A stretch of DNA of 64,000 bases. It comes from the human T2T-CHM13v2.0 reference genome, Homo sapiens. The notes under the pieces are model-generated. The model was given only the letters and a program-made list of their open reading frames with translations, made no database searches and was not told the origin of the DNA. The stretch is taken from assembly GCF_009914755.1 (NCBI RefSeq), contig NC_060935.1; one strand, given 5' to 3'. Below, in pieces: positions 23,425 to 38,223 of the stretch; positions within the stretch are counted from its first letter, which is position 1, and every line of letters begins with the position of its first letter. The translations under genes and the position numbers were made by a program.

Positions 23425-26405
23425 GATGGTGGTTGTGATGTTTGTGTTGTTGCTATGGTGATGGAGTTGCTGTTTCTGATGGTGGTGATCCTGGCAGTGG
23501 TGGTGGGTTATTTCTAAGGGTGATAGTGGGGTGGTGATGTGGTGGTGATGGTGACAGTGTGGTAGCATTGGGTGGTGATGGTGGTGCTGATGGACACGGT
23601 GGTGAGGAGGTAGTTATGGTGATAGGATTTTGATAGTGCTGGGGGTGGAGTTGATGATGGTGATGGTAATGGTGGTGTTGTTTTCGGTGCTGATTGTGAT
23701 GAGGTGATGGTGGTAATAGCAGTAGTACTGGCAATGCTGGTGGTGGTAGTGGATTGTTGGTGGCGGTGGTGGGATTGGTGCTCTTCATGGTGATAGTGGA
23801 GGTGGTCAGGATGGTGGAGGTGGAGGTGATGGTTTCAGTGATGGTACTGGTGAAGATGGAGGTGATGGTTTTAGTGATGGTGATGCTGGAGGTGGGGGTG
23901 ATGGTTTTGATGATGTTAGTGGTGGAGGTGGGGGTGATATTTTTGTGAATTGTCGTGGTAGTGATGGTGGTGGTAGAGGTGGAGGTGATGATTTTGGTGG
24001 TGGTGGTGGTGATGTTGGCAGTGGAAGTGGGAGTGATGGTGGTGATGGAGGTGGCAGTGATAGTTTTGTGGATGGTGATGGTGGTGGCGGTGGTGGTAGT
24101 GGTGAAAGTGGAGGTGATGGGCTTAGTGATGGTGGTGGTGGAGGTGGGGGTGATTGTTTTGGTGATGGTGGTGATGATGATGTTGGCAGTGGAGTAGAGG
24201 TGATAGTTTTAGTGATGGTGGTGGTGGAGGTGGGAATAATGATTTTGGTGATGATAGTGGAGGTGGGGGTGATGGTTTTGGTGATGGTGGTGGTGGTGGT
24301 GATGGTGATATTGGTGGTGGAGGTGGAGGTAATGATTTTAGTGATGATGGTGATGGTGATGGTGGTGGTGGAGATGGGGATGATGGTTATAGTGATGGTG
24401 ATGGTGATGTTGGAGGTGGGGGTGATAGTTTTGGTTATGGTGGTGGTGGTGGTGATGGTGATGTTGGTGGTGGAGATGGAGGTAATGATTTTAGCGATGG
24501 TGATGGTGGTGGAGATGGGGGTGCTGGTTTTAGTGATGATGATGGTGGAGGTGATGGTTTTGGTTATGGCGGTGGTGGTAGTGGAGGTAGGGGTGATGGT
24601 TTTGGTGGTCGTGGTGGTGGTGATGATGATGGTGATGTTGGTGGTGGAGGTGGAGGTAGTGATTTTAATGATGGTGATGGTGGTGGAAATTGGGGTGATA
24701 GTTTTAGTGATGATGATGGTGGGGTGATGGTTTTGGTTATGGTGGTGGTGGTGATGGTGATGTTAGTGGTGGAGGTAGAGGTGATAGTTTTAGTGATGTG
24801 ATGAAGGTGATGGTTTTAGTGATGCTAGTGTTAATGATGGTGATGGTGGTGGTGGAGGTGGAAGTGATGATTTGGGTGGTGGTGGTGGTGGAGGTGGGGA
24901 TGATGGTTTTGGTGGTCATGGTGGTGGTGGTGGTGATGGTGATGTTGGTGGTGGAGGTGGAGGTAATGATTTTAGTGATAGTGATGGTGATGGTGGTGGA
25001 GATGGGGGTGATGGTTTTAGTGATGATGATGGTGGGGATGATGGTTTTGGTTATGGTGGCGGTGGTAGTGGAGGTGGGGGTGATGGTTTTGGTTATGGTG
25101 GTGGTGGTGATGTGATGTTAGTGGTGGAGGTGGAGGTGACAGTTTTAGTGATGTGGTGGTGGGGTTGATGGTTTTAGTGATGCTAGTGTTAATGATGGTG
25201 ATGGTGGTGGTAGAGGTGGAAGTAATGATTTTGGTGGTGGTGGAGGTGAGGGTGATGGTTTTGGTGATGGTGGTGGTGGTGGTGATGGTGATGTTGGTGG
25301 TGGAGGTGAAAGTGATGGTTTTGGTGGTGGTGGTGGAGGTAGGGGTGATGGTTTTGGTGATGGTGGTGGTGATGATGTTGGTGGTGGAGGTGGAGGTAAT
25401 GATTTTAGTGATAGTGATGGTGGTGGAGATGGGGGTGATGGTTTTAGTGATGATGATGGTCGGGGTGATGGTTTTGGTTATGGTGGTAGTGGTAGTGGAG
25501 GTAGGGGTGATGGTTTTGGTGGTCGTGGTGGTGGTGGTGGTGGTGGTGATGGTGATGTTGGTGGTGGAGGTGGAGGTAGTGATTTTAGTGATGGTGATGG
25601 TGATGGTGGTGCAGATGGGGGTGACAGTTTTAGTGATGATGATGGTGGGGTGATGGTTTTGGTTATGGTGGTGGTGATGGTGATGTTAGTGGTAGAGGTG
25701 ATAGTTTTAGTGATGTGGTGGTGGAAGTGATGGTTTTAGTGATGCTAGTGTTAATGATGGTGATGGTGGTGGAGGTGGAAGTGATGATTTTGGTGGTGGT
25801 GGTGGTGGAGGTGTGGGTGATAGTTTTGGTGATAGTGGTGGTGGTGGTGATGGTGATGTTGGTGGTGGAGGTGAAAGTGATGGTTTTGGTTGTGGTGGTG
25901 GAGGTAGGGGTGATGGTTTTGGTGGTGGTGGTGGTGGTGATGGTGATGTTGGTGGTGGAGGTGGATGTAGTGATTTTAGTGATGTTGATGGTGATGGTGG
26001 TGGAGATGGGGGTGATAGTTTTAGTGATGATGATGGTGGGGGTGATGGTTATGGTGGTGGTGGGGATGGTGACATTAGTGGTGGAGGTGATAATTTTAGT
26101 GATGTGGTGGTGGAGTTGATGGTTTTAGTGATGCTAGTGTTAATGATGGTGATGGTGGTGGAGGTGGAAGTGATGGTTTTGGTGGTGGTGGTGGTGGAGC
26201 TGAGAGTGATGGTTTTGGTGATGGCGGTGGTGGTGGTGATGGTGATGGTGGTAGAGGCAGAAGGGATGGTGTTCATGATGGTGGTGGTGGATGTGCGGGT
26301 GATGGTTTTGATGATGGTAGTGATGCTGGAGGTGGAGATGGTGAGGTGGTGGTAGTTGTGATGGGATGTCAATGTGGTGATGGTGGAGACGAAGGTGGTG
26401 GTGAT
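23425..26405. repeat. About 3-kb (GGT/GAT)n low-complexity array with higher-order duplicated units
   Basis: Nearly C-free + strand; marker gatgctagtgttaatgatgg recurs at 24821, 25179, 25741 and 26130. Confidence 0.95.
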
Positions 26406-26429
26406 ACCTCACAACCTCAACCCAAGAGA

Positions 26430-26600
26430 AGCATAGCAAGAGAAGATTTGAAGTCGGAGGACCTTACTTCTGGGTCCAATTCTGCTACTTACTATCTGGA
26501 GACCTGGGGCAACTTGCCTGGACTCTCTGAAGCTCAATTTTCTCATCAGTAAAGGGAGTGATATTGCTTCCCTTTCTGGGCAGTGTGGGGATTATAGTGG
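26430..26600 (+). mobile_element. MIR
   Basis: gacctggggcaacttg...ctctctgaagctcaattttctcatcagtaaa. Confidence 0.7.
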
Positions 26601-26999
26601 CCGAGGCCTGTTGTCGCCTGTGATTAACTGTAATTCTGAGGCACTGTGGGCCTCGAGGATGGGCCAGCTCTGGCTGCTGTGCAGACAAGGCCAGGGTCTA
26701 GAGAATGCTGCTGCAGAGGACCGCGGCATCCGTGACTTTTTTCTGGGGAGCAGGAGACCCTCCTTGTTCAGTGGGCAGCTCCTCTTCCTTTTGGGGAATC
26801 TCACACAATGTATGTTTCCCTCGGTGTGGTTCGGAGGGGGCTGGCAGTCCTAGGATCCATGCTTCCCGGTCACAGGGGTGGACCTTTGATGCAGGCTGGG
26901 CCCAGTGTATCTCTCCCAGGGCCTCTTCTGCTTTGGCTCAAGAGCTACAAAGCTGCCTGAGCCTGCCAACAGTTTTCTTCCCCCTTGAAGAGTCCCCGT

Positions 27000-27260
27000 T
27001 TGCCATGGGAAGTCTAAGGATAACTCACTAAGAGCAGCAGAGGCAAGAAGCACTGAAAGAGGAGGATGGGGAGAAAGAGGAGGAGAAAGACAGATGGTGC
27101 CAAAGAGAAGCCCAGGGGCTTCGTTGAAGTTGCTGAATCCAGCTGTGCCTGAAGATAGCACCATCCACTCCTAGCCTCTGAGTTACACAGGTTATAGAAT
27201 GACCTCAGGAGTTGGAGTTGGGCTTCTGTGTTTTGCAAACCAAAGAATCCTTCTCTACAC
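27000..27260 (+). mobile_element. Old MLT1 LTR 3' part
   Basis: atccagctgtgcctgaag...gagttgggcttctgtgttttgcaaaccaaagaatcct. Confidence 0.55.
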
Positions 27261-27523
27261 CTCTCACCCCTTCAGTCTCCCAGAATTCCCAGAACCTTCC
27301 CAAGAAAGCAAAATTTATGACAGGGCTGACTTCCAAATGTGGGGACAAAAGACTCTGGTCTTGGCAGACCAAATCTGGCTTATTCCGGCTGTCTCTTTCC
27401 AGAGACCCTGGGACTGACCCAGCTCTAGGCCCCGATGTCCGAGGACAGAGGTCGAGATGTGCTGCCAACCCTCATGTCCCCAGGCAGCCTCTTTATAGGA
27501 AACTTTTTATACACAGCGGAACA

Positions 27524-27854
<331 letters not shown>

Positions 27855-28372
27855 TTACATAAAGTCTCATTTGAAACAATTGAAATGACACAGGAAAATG
27901 CAAGGAAAAAATTCTTTAAAAATCAGCTGATAGTCACCCCTGCCCCCAGAGATGACCCCGGGAACCCTCGCAGACACTCTCCACTTCTCCCCAGGTAGAC
28001 ACATGCCACTTCTTGTCAGCGGAATGGCTACGGGCTGTTCTGGAACTTGCTTTATTCAAGCATTGGCATATTCTGTAATCTTTCTGGGCAACGAGCACAG
28101 CTCCCTGACTTGTTAAAATGAAACTTCTTGGTCACCTATTACAAGAACTTATTTGTTCAATCCCCAATGATGCACATGTAGGTTGTTGCCAATTTTTTGT
28201 GACCTTGAACATCCCTGCAGTGGGCACACTTGTGTGTTCAGATTTCACACCTAGCCCATTGTTTCTGTGGGGTACATTCCTAGACGGGGAATTGCTGTGT
28301 CAGAGCATATTTAGATTTTAGAGGGATTTGACACATTCTACTCAAGTTTGCTGAGGATTGGAAAGCTGGTGA

Positions 28373-28727
<355 letters not shown>

Positions 28728-29359
28728 CCCAAGAAATTATTTTTGAGGTAGGAGAGAGAAGTCGGTAAGAGGGCCCCACTTTTAGGAACCATAGCTTCCT
28801 CACTGCTCAGTACAGGCCCTGCTCGTCTTGATGGTGGAAAAACAGGTGATGGTGGTGAGGGAGGAGGAGGAGGAGGAAGTGTCGTGGAATGTGGCAGCTC
28901 TGTTAGGGTGAACAGCTGTTCCAGCTCACCTGGGATTTTCCTGCTTGGTTTTGTCACTGCAAGGTCCCCATCTTGGGAAGCTTCTCCTCTGCATGGGAGA
29001 ATCAGAACTGTTGGTCACCTACTTCCAGCTTCCGGGGCCTGTTTCCCAAGGCCAGAGGCCCTGCTGGTATGCTCTGTGCCTTCCTTGGGGACAGCAGCTC
29101 CCATGTGTGCCTCCCATGCTGACTTCTGGGAAGGCACGTGCTGAGAAGCGGCAGGCCCAGTGCCCAGCAGGCTTGGCCACTGGCTACCAGGGCTGGCAGC
29201 ACAGACTGGTCCCAGGTCTCCTGAATTCAGGAACCCGGGCAAAGCTGTGCCCATTCCCATGGGGGTGGCTCTGCTTCATCCACCCGGAGAGGCTGCTCAC
29301 AGGTTGATAAAACTGCTGTGTCATACTGGACCCAAGGGGCTCGCCTCTCCCCTGTCCCC

Positions 29360-29480
29360 ATCCTGCCCAGTGGAGGAAACTGAGGCATGGGAAGGGGAGT
29401 GACTTGCTCAAAGTCACATAGCTCTGAGTCTCCGAGCTTGGACCGGAATCCAGGTCTCCCTCCTCCCAGTGAGTTGCTCT
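29360..29480 (-). mobile_element. MIR
   Basis: gaggaaactgaggcatgg...gtgacttgctcaaagtcaca. Confidence 0.7.
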
Positions 29481-30133
29481 ACCCTGAACCCAGGGACAAT
29501 GTGTATTGCTTTGGGAAAGCTGCCTGGCACAAGGCTCTTATGGCTTTGCACCCCCCTGTCCCGTGGCTACAGGGCCGGCAGCTTCTCTCTGAGCTGTTGC
29601 CTGATGGAAGTCCAACTCAACAGGCTTGAACAAAAGGGGCTGGCCTGGCACAGAACAGGCGTGGCGGGCCCAGGCTTTACAAGAGGTCGGGAACTTTCCT
29701 TCCATGGTCGCTCGCTCTCCTACCCCCATCTCTGCTGCTTGAAGATGGAAAAGTAGAATCAGCACACCCAGTGAGCCTGGAGAAAGAGGCTTGCATCTAA
29801 TTTCTAGAGAAGCAATGGGTTCCTGTCTGGACTCCATATTAGCAAATGCAAGCCTCTCCTGGTCCGAATAGAATCCTGTACCCTAGTTTATCTTTCTCCC
29901 TCCATTGGACTAGCTCCTCCTAATCTATCTTTACCCATTCCATCCGTCCAATATGTTAGAAAAAGAAGGGCCATCCAAGTTATTCCTTTAATGGCCGCCT
30001 TAGGTATAACCTCCGGGCTTGGGTTGGGAGCAGGCGGATTGACCACCTCCTTAACATACTTTAAAGCTCTGTCAACAGAACTGCAAGGTTCATTAAAAGA
30101 TATAGCCCAAAGCCTGATAAAAGTCCAAGACCA

Positions 30134-30506
<373 letters not shown>

Positions 30507-30744
30507 TTACAATGGGTGAAAAAGGGGGCCCCTGCCTCTCATTGGGTGAAGAATGTTGCTTCTATCTCAACCAATTGGGCCTAGAAAGAGATGCTGCTGA
30601 AAAACTTAGAGGGCTAAAAAGCTAAGAGAATACCCCGACAACCAACTAAATTCTTGGTTTAAAAACAAAATCCTAACATTAAGACCATACAGTCTTCTTT
30701 CCTCTTATCTTCATACCTAAAAGAAAGATATTTTTGTTCCCTTT

Positions 30745-33700
30745 CAATTGTTTGTTGAGGCAGAATTGACATACAATAAACTGCATGTGTTTAAAGTGTA
30801 CAATTTGGTAAGTTTTGACATCTTTATACACCCATGAAAATATCACTATGATCAAGACAATAAATATGTCCACAACCCCCAAAGTTTCCCATGTTCCTCC
30901 CCACCCCCATCCCCAGGGAAACGCTTCTCTGCTAATTCTCATGATAGGTTGTTTGCATTTTCCAGAATTTTATATAAATAGGGTCATAAAGTATGCACTC
31001 TTGCTTTGCCTGGATTCTTTTGCTCAGTATAAGTATTCTGAGGTTCATCTACATTGTCACTTGTATGACTAGTTTGTTCCTTTTTATTGCGGAGTACTGT
31101 TTCACTAAGTGGATGCACTGGTTTGTTTTTATCTACTCCCCAGTTAACGGACATCAGAGTTGTTTCTAGTTTGGGGCTATTACAATAAGGCTGCTATGAA
31201 CATCTGTGTATAAGCCTTTGTATGGATATAGGCTTTCATTTCTCTTGGGTACATATTGAGGAGTGAAATGGCTGGGTTATAACTACTGGTATTGAGATTG
31301 AGATTGTTTTGAATCTGTAGATCCATTTTGGGGGAATTGGCATCTTTTGACCCATGAATATGGTCTATTTCTCAATTTATTTTGGTATTCTTTAATTTCT
31401 CTCAGCAAATTTCAGTTTCACACAGGTTTTTATCAGACTTGTCTATGTGTGTATTTCCTATTTTTGTCGTGTTTCTGTAAATGTTTTTATTCCGGTTGTG
31501 TCATGTTGCTATTATACAGACACACAATGGCTTTTTGTATATGGATCTTCTATACCGCAAACTTGTTAAACTCGTTGGTGACTTCTAGTAGCTTTTTTCA
31601 TAGACTCCATAAGATTTTCTCTGTAGATGGTCGAATTGTTTGTAAATAAAGCAGATTCATTTGCTCCTTTCTGATTCAAAGACACTTCCTCTCTCCCTCC
31701 CTCCCTTACTTCCCTTCTCTTTCCCTCCTCCTTCTTTTTTCTTTCTTCTTAAAATCTTACTAGACTGGCAAGAACCTTCCATGCAATATTGGTTAGAAGT
31801 GGTTAGAGAGCACATCCCTGCCTTATTCCTGATCTTAGAGGGAAAGATTTTGGTCTTTCACTATTAAGTATGATGTTAGTTGCGGGTTTTTCACAGATGC
31901 CCTTCACCAGGTTGAGGACGTTTCCTTTTATTCCTAGTTTATTGAGAGTTTTTATCAGCAATATATGTTGGATTTGGACTAATGCTTTTCCTGCATCCAT
32001 TGAGACAATGTGCTTTTATATTGTAAATATAATATTTTCGCAATAATATTATGAATTACATTGTTTTCTAATGTTAAACCGAACTTGTATTCCTAAAATA
32101 AACTATACTGGAACATATGTATTATTTTTTTATGTGTTGCTGGACTTGATTTTTAAAACTTTGTTTAGAATGTTTGCATCTATTTCATGAGGGATATTAG
32201 TTTGTAGCTTTCTTTTCTTGTAATATATTTGTATGATTTTGATATTACAGTAGTGCTGGCTTCATAGAATAAGTTGGAAATACTCTTTTCTCTTAAATTT
32301 TCTGGCAAATTTTGTGTAGATTGAAATTATTTCTTTCTTAAGTGTTTTGTAAAATGCACCAGTGAGGCCTAGAGTTTTCTTTGTAGTAAAGTTTTTAACT
32401 TCTTAAAAAATATGGACTATTCAGGTTATCTATTTCTTCTTGAGTGAGCTTTATTAGTTTTTGTCTTTCAAGGAATTTGTCCATTACATCTGAATTGTCA
32501 AATTTCTTCGCATACAATTATTCATCATATTCCTTTTAATATGTGTGCAATCGGTAGTAATGCTACCTCTTTCATTTCTCATATTGGTAATTTGTCTTCT
32601 TTCTTTTCTTTCTGATGAGTAGGGTTTGATGTTTGTAAGTCGGATTGATCTTTTCAAATTACCAGTTTTGGGTTTCATTGATTCTATTTTTTTTATTTTA
32701 TTGATTTCCGCTCTAATCTTTATTATTTCCTTTTTTTCTGTTTCTCTTTGGTTAGATTTGTCCTTTTTTCTCTAGTTTCTTCAGGTAAAAGCTGGGATAT
32801 TTTAGTGCTATAAATTACTTAGAGTACTGGTTTAATCACATCCCACAGACTTTGTAGGTTGTGTTTTCATTTTCAAATATTTCAAAATGTTTTCCAATTT
32901 CCATTTTCTAATTATCTTTTTGATTTCTTTAAACTGTGCTTTACAGAGAAGTGTTATTTAGTTTCCAAATATTTGGGGATTTTACAGATATCATTCTATT
33001 ATTTGGTGTCTAATTTTATTCTATTTTGGCCAGAAAACATGCATTGAATGATTTGTATCCTTTTAAATTTATTGAGATTTTTCACGCCCTTTTAAATTTA
33101 TTGAGATGAGATTATGATATATTTTTGAAAAATGTTCTGTGTGTTTGAAGATAATTTATATTTTGCTGTCGTGAGTGAAGTGTTCTAAACATGCCAGTTG
33201 AGTCACATTGATTGCTAGATTGCTAGTGTTATTCAAGTCTTCTACATTCTTCTTCTTCTTTTTTTTTGGAGACAGAGTCTCACTTTGTCAGCCAGACTGG
33301 TGTGCAGTGGTGTGATCCTGGCTCACTGTAACCTCTACCTTCTGGGTTCAAGCAATTCTCCTGCCTCAGCCTCCGGAGGAGCTGGGACTACAGGCATGCA
33401 CCACCATACCTGGCTAATTTTTGTATTTTTAGTGGAAATGACGTTTCGCCATGTTGGCCAGGCTAGTCTAGAACTCCTGACCTCAGGTGATCTGCCTGCT
33501 TCGGCCTCCCAAAGTGCTAGCATTACAGGTGTGAGCCACCATGCCCAGCCCTATATTCTTGTTGACTTCTGTACATTTGCCCTGTCAATCATAGAGCTGT
33601 TGAAACCTATTACTATAACTGGATTTGTCTATTTCTTTTGTAGTTCTATTCATTTTGCCTCATGTATTTTGAAGGTCTTATTTGGCATATAAACATCTAG

Positions 33701-34430
33701 AATTGTTATGTTCACTTGAGAATTGAAACCTTTTGTCATTATGAAATGACTATTCCTGGCAATATTCTTTCCTCTAAAATCTACTTTGCTATTAGTGTAG
33801 CAAAGTAGCAAATATGAACATAGCAAAGTACATTAGCATGGTAATTAGTGTGGTACATCTTTTTTTATCCTTTTGCTTTAAAATTATTATTTTTTTTATA
33901 TTTAAAGTGGGCTTCTTGTAGGCAGCATGTAATTGGGTCTTGCTTGTTTTATCCAACCTATCAATCTTTGTTTCTTAATTGAGGTGTTTAGACCTTTACA
34001 TTTAATGTGATTGTTGATATAATTGCATTTAATTCTGCCATCATGATTTTTGTTTTGTATTTGTATTACTTGTTCTGTGTTTCATTTTCCCTCCTTTCTA
34101 CCTTCTTTGTGATTGAGTATTATTCATTCCTTCATTTTATCTTATTTGTTGGTTTATTAGCTGTAATTCTTTGCTGTATTATATTAGTGGTTGCTAAAGC
34201 GTTTATAGTATACATCTTTAACTTATCACAGTCTATCTTTGAATAATATTATCCTTCAGTGATATTATACTACCTAACATCTAGTAAAAGAAATTTATTG
34301 CAGTATACTTTCATTCCATGTCTCACCTTTGTACTATTGTTTTCATACCATTTAGGTGTCCAGTTGTGTTTGTGTCTGTATATGTGTGTGCACAGCAGTG
34401 AGAGGCAGCTATTATAGTTCCCATTTAGTT
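30745..34430 (-). mobile_element. Old L1M LINE (3' UTR plus ORF2 remnants)
   Basis: Antisense L1M 3' end (ttgaggcagaattgacatacaataaa); minus-strand ORF 31803-32000 is an L1 RT remnant (IKTLNKLGIKG...FPLRSGIRQGC). Confidence 0.9.
33252..33550 (-). mobile_element. Alu (AluS-like) inserted in L1
   Basis: Full dimer; TSD cta(c/t)attctt. Confidence 0.95.
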
Positions 34431-34449
34431 GTTGAGAAAAGTTTGGCTT

Positions 34450-34990
34450 TCCCACTTGTAAAAATCCTTTGCAGCTCAAATGTCCCCTCCTCCAGGCAGC
34501 CTTCCCCAGCCTCTGCCAATGACTTGAAATATTTCCCCATGTACAGGCATCCTTTGCCTGGGCCACACTCTTCTTGCAGAAGCAGGGCATGTCTTTTCTG
34601 TCTGCCCCATCAGATGGTCACCTACTTGAGGGCAGAGCTCAAAACCACAGGACTCTCCCTTGAGTCTTTCACAGCCCCTTGTCCACAGCTGGTGCTCCAT
34701 ATGCACTTACTGAATTGGCCTGAATGCCACGAGCCAGATTCAGCCCTGGCAGCAACCTCGTGGCTTCTCAAGGTGTGATGCTATGAAAAAAGCATGAGCT
34801 TTGAGATTGGAAAGACATGACTTAAAATTCTGAGCCCACCACTAATTGGCTGTGTGTGACTTGGGTGAGAAAGCATCACCTGAGCCTTTGTCTGTCCATT
34901 TGTATAATGGGGATCCTGTCAGGCTGGCTATAAAGACAGCTACAATGCACTAAAGCACTAGAACTTTGGCAGGTCTATGTGGGCACTGAG
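34450..34990 (+). mobile_element. L2 3' end followed by MIR
   Basis: ctcaaatgtcccctcctccaggcagccttccc...tgaatg; MIR core gtgacttgggtgag at about 34856. Confidence 0.6.
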
Positions 34991-35854
34991 GAAACACCAG
35001 CTTCTCTGATTCTCTGCCCCACACCTCCTTTCTGTTTGGCCCCCTCTCTTGCCCTGGGCCAAAGCTTAAAGTCTCACATCGTGAAGTCTTTCTGGTCCCT
35101 TTGTCCATTTGTCCATTTGCCAGTCCAATCTGCAGCCAGATGTCTATCCCCATGAGAGTCTGTCCTGCCAGAGCATTTAATAAATTTGTCATGGGACAGC
35201 TATGAGGCCACAGAGCAAGCCTTCCCAGGACACCTGATACGGGCTGGATAAACCCACCAGGCCTCTGGGATTAGTGTAGGTGGGAAGCCCAATTGGTGGT
35301 TGCTTAACTATTCACCCTATGATTCAGGAAGCTGAGATGGGGTGGGAAAGGTGATTGGCTACAGTGGGAGAGGCCCCAAGTTCCCCCATACCCTGGGGTG
35401 ACCATGGGATTCAATTGTGGTTCTTTGTGTCCAGGGAACAGAAACCAACTCCAGCTGACCTAGGCAAAGGGGGCATTTGTTGGATGCATATGGGGTAGAT
35501 TAGTGAATCTAAGGAAAACTACACCCCCAAGCTGGAGAGGTTGAGAGACAGCTCCAGGCATATTGGGAAGAGAGGCTGGACAGGAGAAAAGGCAACTGGT
35601 GCTCACCAGCCCCTGCTACATTCCTCGCCAACCCTGGTCTAATGCTCAAGGTCTTTGTACTGCAGCCATTGAACCTAAGACCTGGGCCCAGTCCTGGTGC
35701 CACCTTCAGTGGCTGTGTGACTTTAGGCAGGTCCCTTCCCCTCTCCAAGCTCAGTGTCTTCAGCTTGGGTTGTGAGAGTCTAATGCCATAGAGGATATGC
35801 TTGGTACAGTGAAAAGTTCTATGCCCTAGAGAGAGGTTGTCACTGCTTGGTGTG

Positions 35855-36424
35855 TGTATTAGCTTCCTGTGGCTACGGTCACAAATTAGCACAAATGAAG
35901 TAGCTTCTAACAATGCAAATTTATTCCCATACATTCTGGAGGTCAAATGTCTGAAATCAGTCTCCCTGGGCTAAAATCAAGGAGTCAGCAGGGCTGGTTT
36001 TTCTGGAGGCTCAGGAGGGAAATCCACTGGGGGCCCTTTCCAGCTTCTAGAGGCCACTTGTGTTCATTGGATTGTGGCCCCTTCCTTCATGTTCAAAACA
36101 ACAGCATAGCTTCACCACACACCACAATCATTTCACCCATCGGCTTCTGTTGTAACAGCACTTTGCTTCTGTCTGTCCTCCCTGCCTCCTCTCTAAGGAC
36201 CCTGAGATTCAATTTAGAGCCCACTTGGATAATCCAGCTCGGGATCATTTCCTTACTCACATCCGCACAGCCCTGTGTGCATATGCACAGCTCTGTTTGC
36301 GTATGCATGACCCTGTTTGCATATGCATGAATCTGTTTGCATATGCACGACCCTGATTGCATGTGCACAGTTCCGGGCATCAGTGTGTGGACACCTTTGG
36401 GAGGCTGGCAGTCAGTGCCCCACA
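35855..36424 (-). mobile_element. MLT1 LTR (MLT1D-like)
   Basis: tgtattagcttcct...tttattcccatacattctggagg...ccagcttctagaggcc...ggataatccag. Confidence 0.8.
36271..36370. repeat. 20-bp minisatellite x5 inside the MLT1 LTR
   Basis: Consensus ccctgtttgcatatgca(c/t)ga; units at 36271, 36291, 36311, 36331 and 36351. Confidence 0.9.
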
Positions 36425-37382
36425 GCGTGGCCTGTGCCCAGGGATGCCTTGATGTGGGGCAAAGAGCCTCGGTGGACACACCTGGGTTGACATTTTGACC
36501 CCCCATTCAATGCCAGTGGGGCACCCCTGGATGAGTCATTTGATCTCTCTGGAGCTCTTCATCCAGGAGATGGACATGATAGTTCCTGCTCCTCAGGGCT
36601 GCGGAAACTGAATGAGACCATACAGCTGTTTGTAAATGTGTCTTTCAGTGGCAGAGACTTCCTTTTCATCAGAATCTGGTGAGGAATCTCCTAACACACA
36701 GAGGTGATGGAAACACGGCTGCTGGGACCGGTGGACTCCCCACCTTCCCCACACAGGGCCACCCCCTTCCTGCCTGCAAGGACCCAGGGCTAGGAATGCA
36801 GTCGGAGAACCTGTGCGATAGAATGCAGCCTTGGGGTTCACAAGCAGGGGACGGGGACAGCTCCTCACTCTTCTACCTTGCTCTGTCCCACCCCATGGAG
36901 GGAGTGACACGGGAGCTACGCAGAGAAAAGAGCAAAGTGTGTCAGTGTCATGACTTGCCAAAGCTGATTGGAAGATGTGGCAGATTGTGTTTCTTTTCCC
37001 AACAATGACTGTCTCCTCCCTTAAGAGAATGGGATGTCCCCACCAACGCCATGTGGCTTGGCAGTGCCGCCTGCAGAAAGCGCCTCCATTCCTGTCCCTG
37101 TGCTGCTGGGGAGTACCACCTGCTTGCTTTGGTCAATGGAAGATGAGAGGACAACATTGACCCTTGGTCTGAGTGCAAGCGCTAAGTGCCATTGAGGTTG
37201 ACGTGAGAAGAGCATGTGCCACCAGGAGCTGTGCCTTCAGCATGAGCCCTGGCACGCAAGCTGTGGGCAGACTCGTGGCTCCCATGCAAAGTGCAGGGGA
37301 CATAAACCTTCACTGCTATACACCTCTGAGAGGTGCAGTGGTTTATACCACAGCAAAACTGCCAGGCAATGTAGCTTCCGAA

Positions 37383-37393
37383 TGCTGAGTCAT
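37383..37393 (+). promoter_or_regulatory. Perfect NFE2L2/BACH antioxidant response element motif
   Basis: TGCTGAGTCAT; motif match only. Confidence 0.35.
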
Positions 37394-37633
37394 GCTGGGC
37401 TAATGATGGCCCTGTCTACTCGTACCTGGAATCCAGCCCTGGCCAAGCCCACTGAGGGATGTCTAGATTTGGGCACACGAACTTAGCTATATGTTACGTT
37501 ATCTAGCCTGGGGCAGAGAGGGAAGGCAAGATATCAAGCCCCATGCCTAGGACTTTAAAAAAAATATCAGTTTTTACAGAGGAACAATTTACGTTCAATA
37601 CATTGTACATCTTTTAAGAGTGAAGCTCAATGA

Positions 37634-38223
<590 letters not shown>

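Noticed and set aside
23754-26439. Long V/M-rich, G/D-rich and poly-His ORFs
   Set aside because: Artefacts of the (GGT/GAT)n array
31803-32000. Reverse-transcriptase-like peptide
   Set aside because: Dead fragment of old L1 ORF2; not a novel RT system
33059-33107. Short 13-20 bp direct duplications (also about 13061/13119, 51974 and 60508)
   Set aside because: Ordinary slippage-scale events
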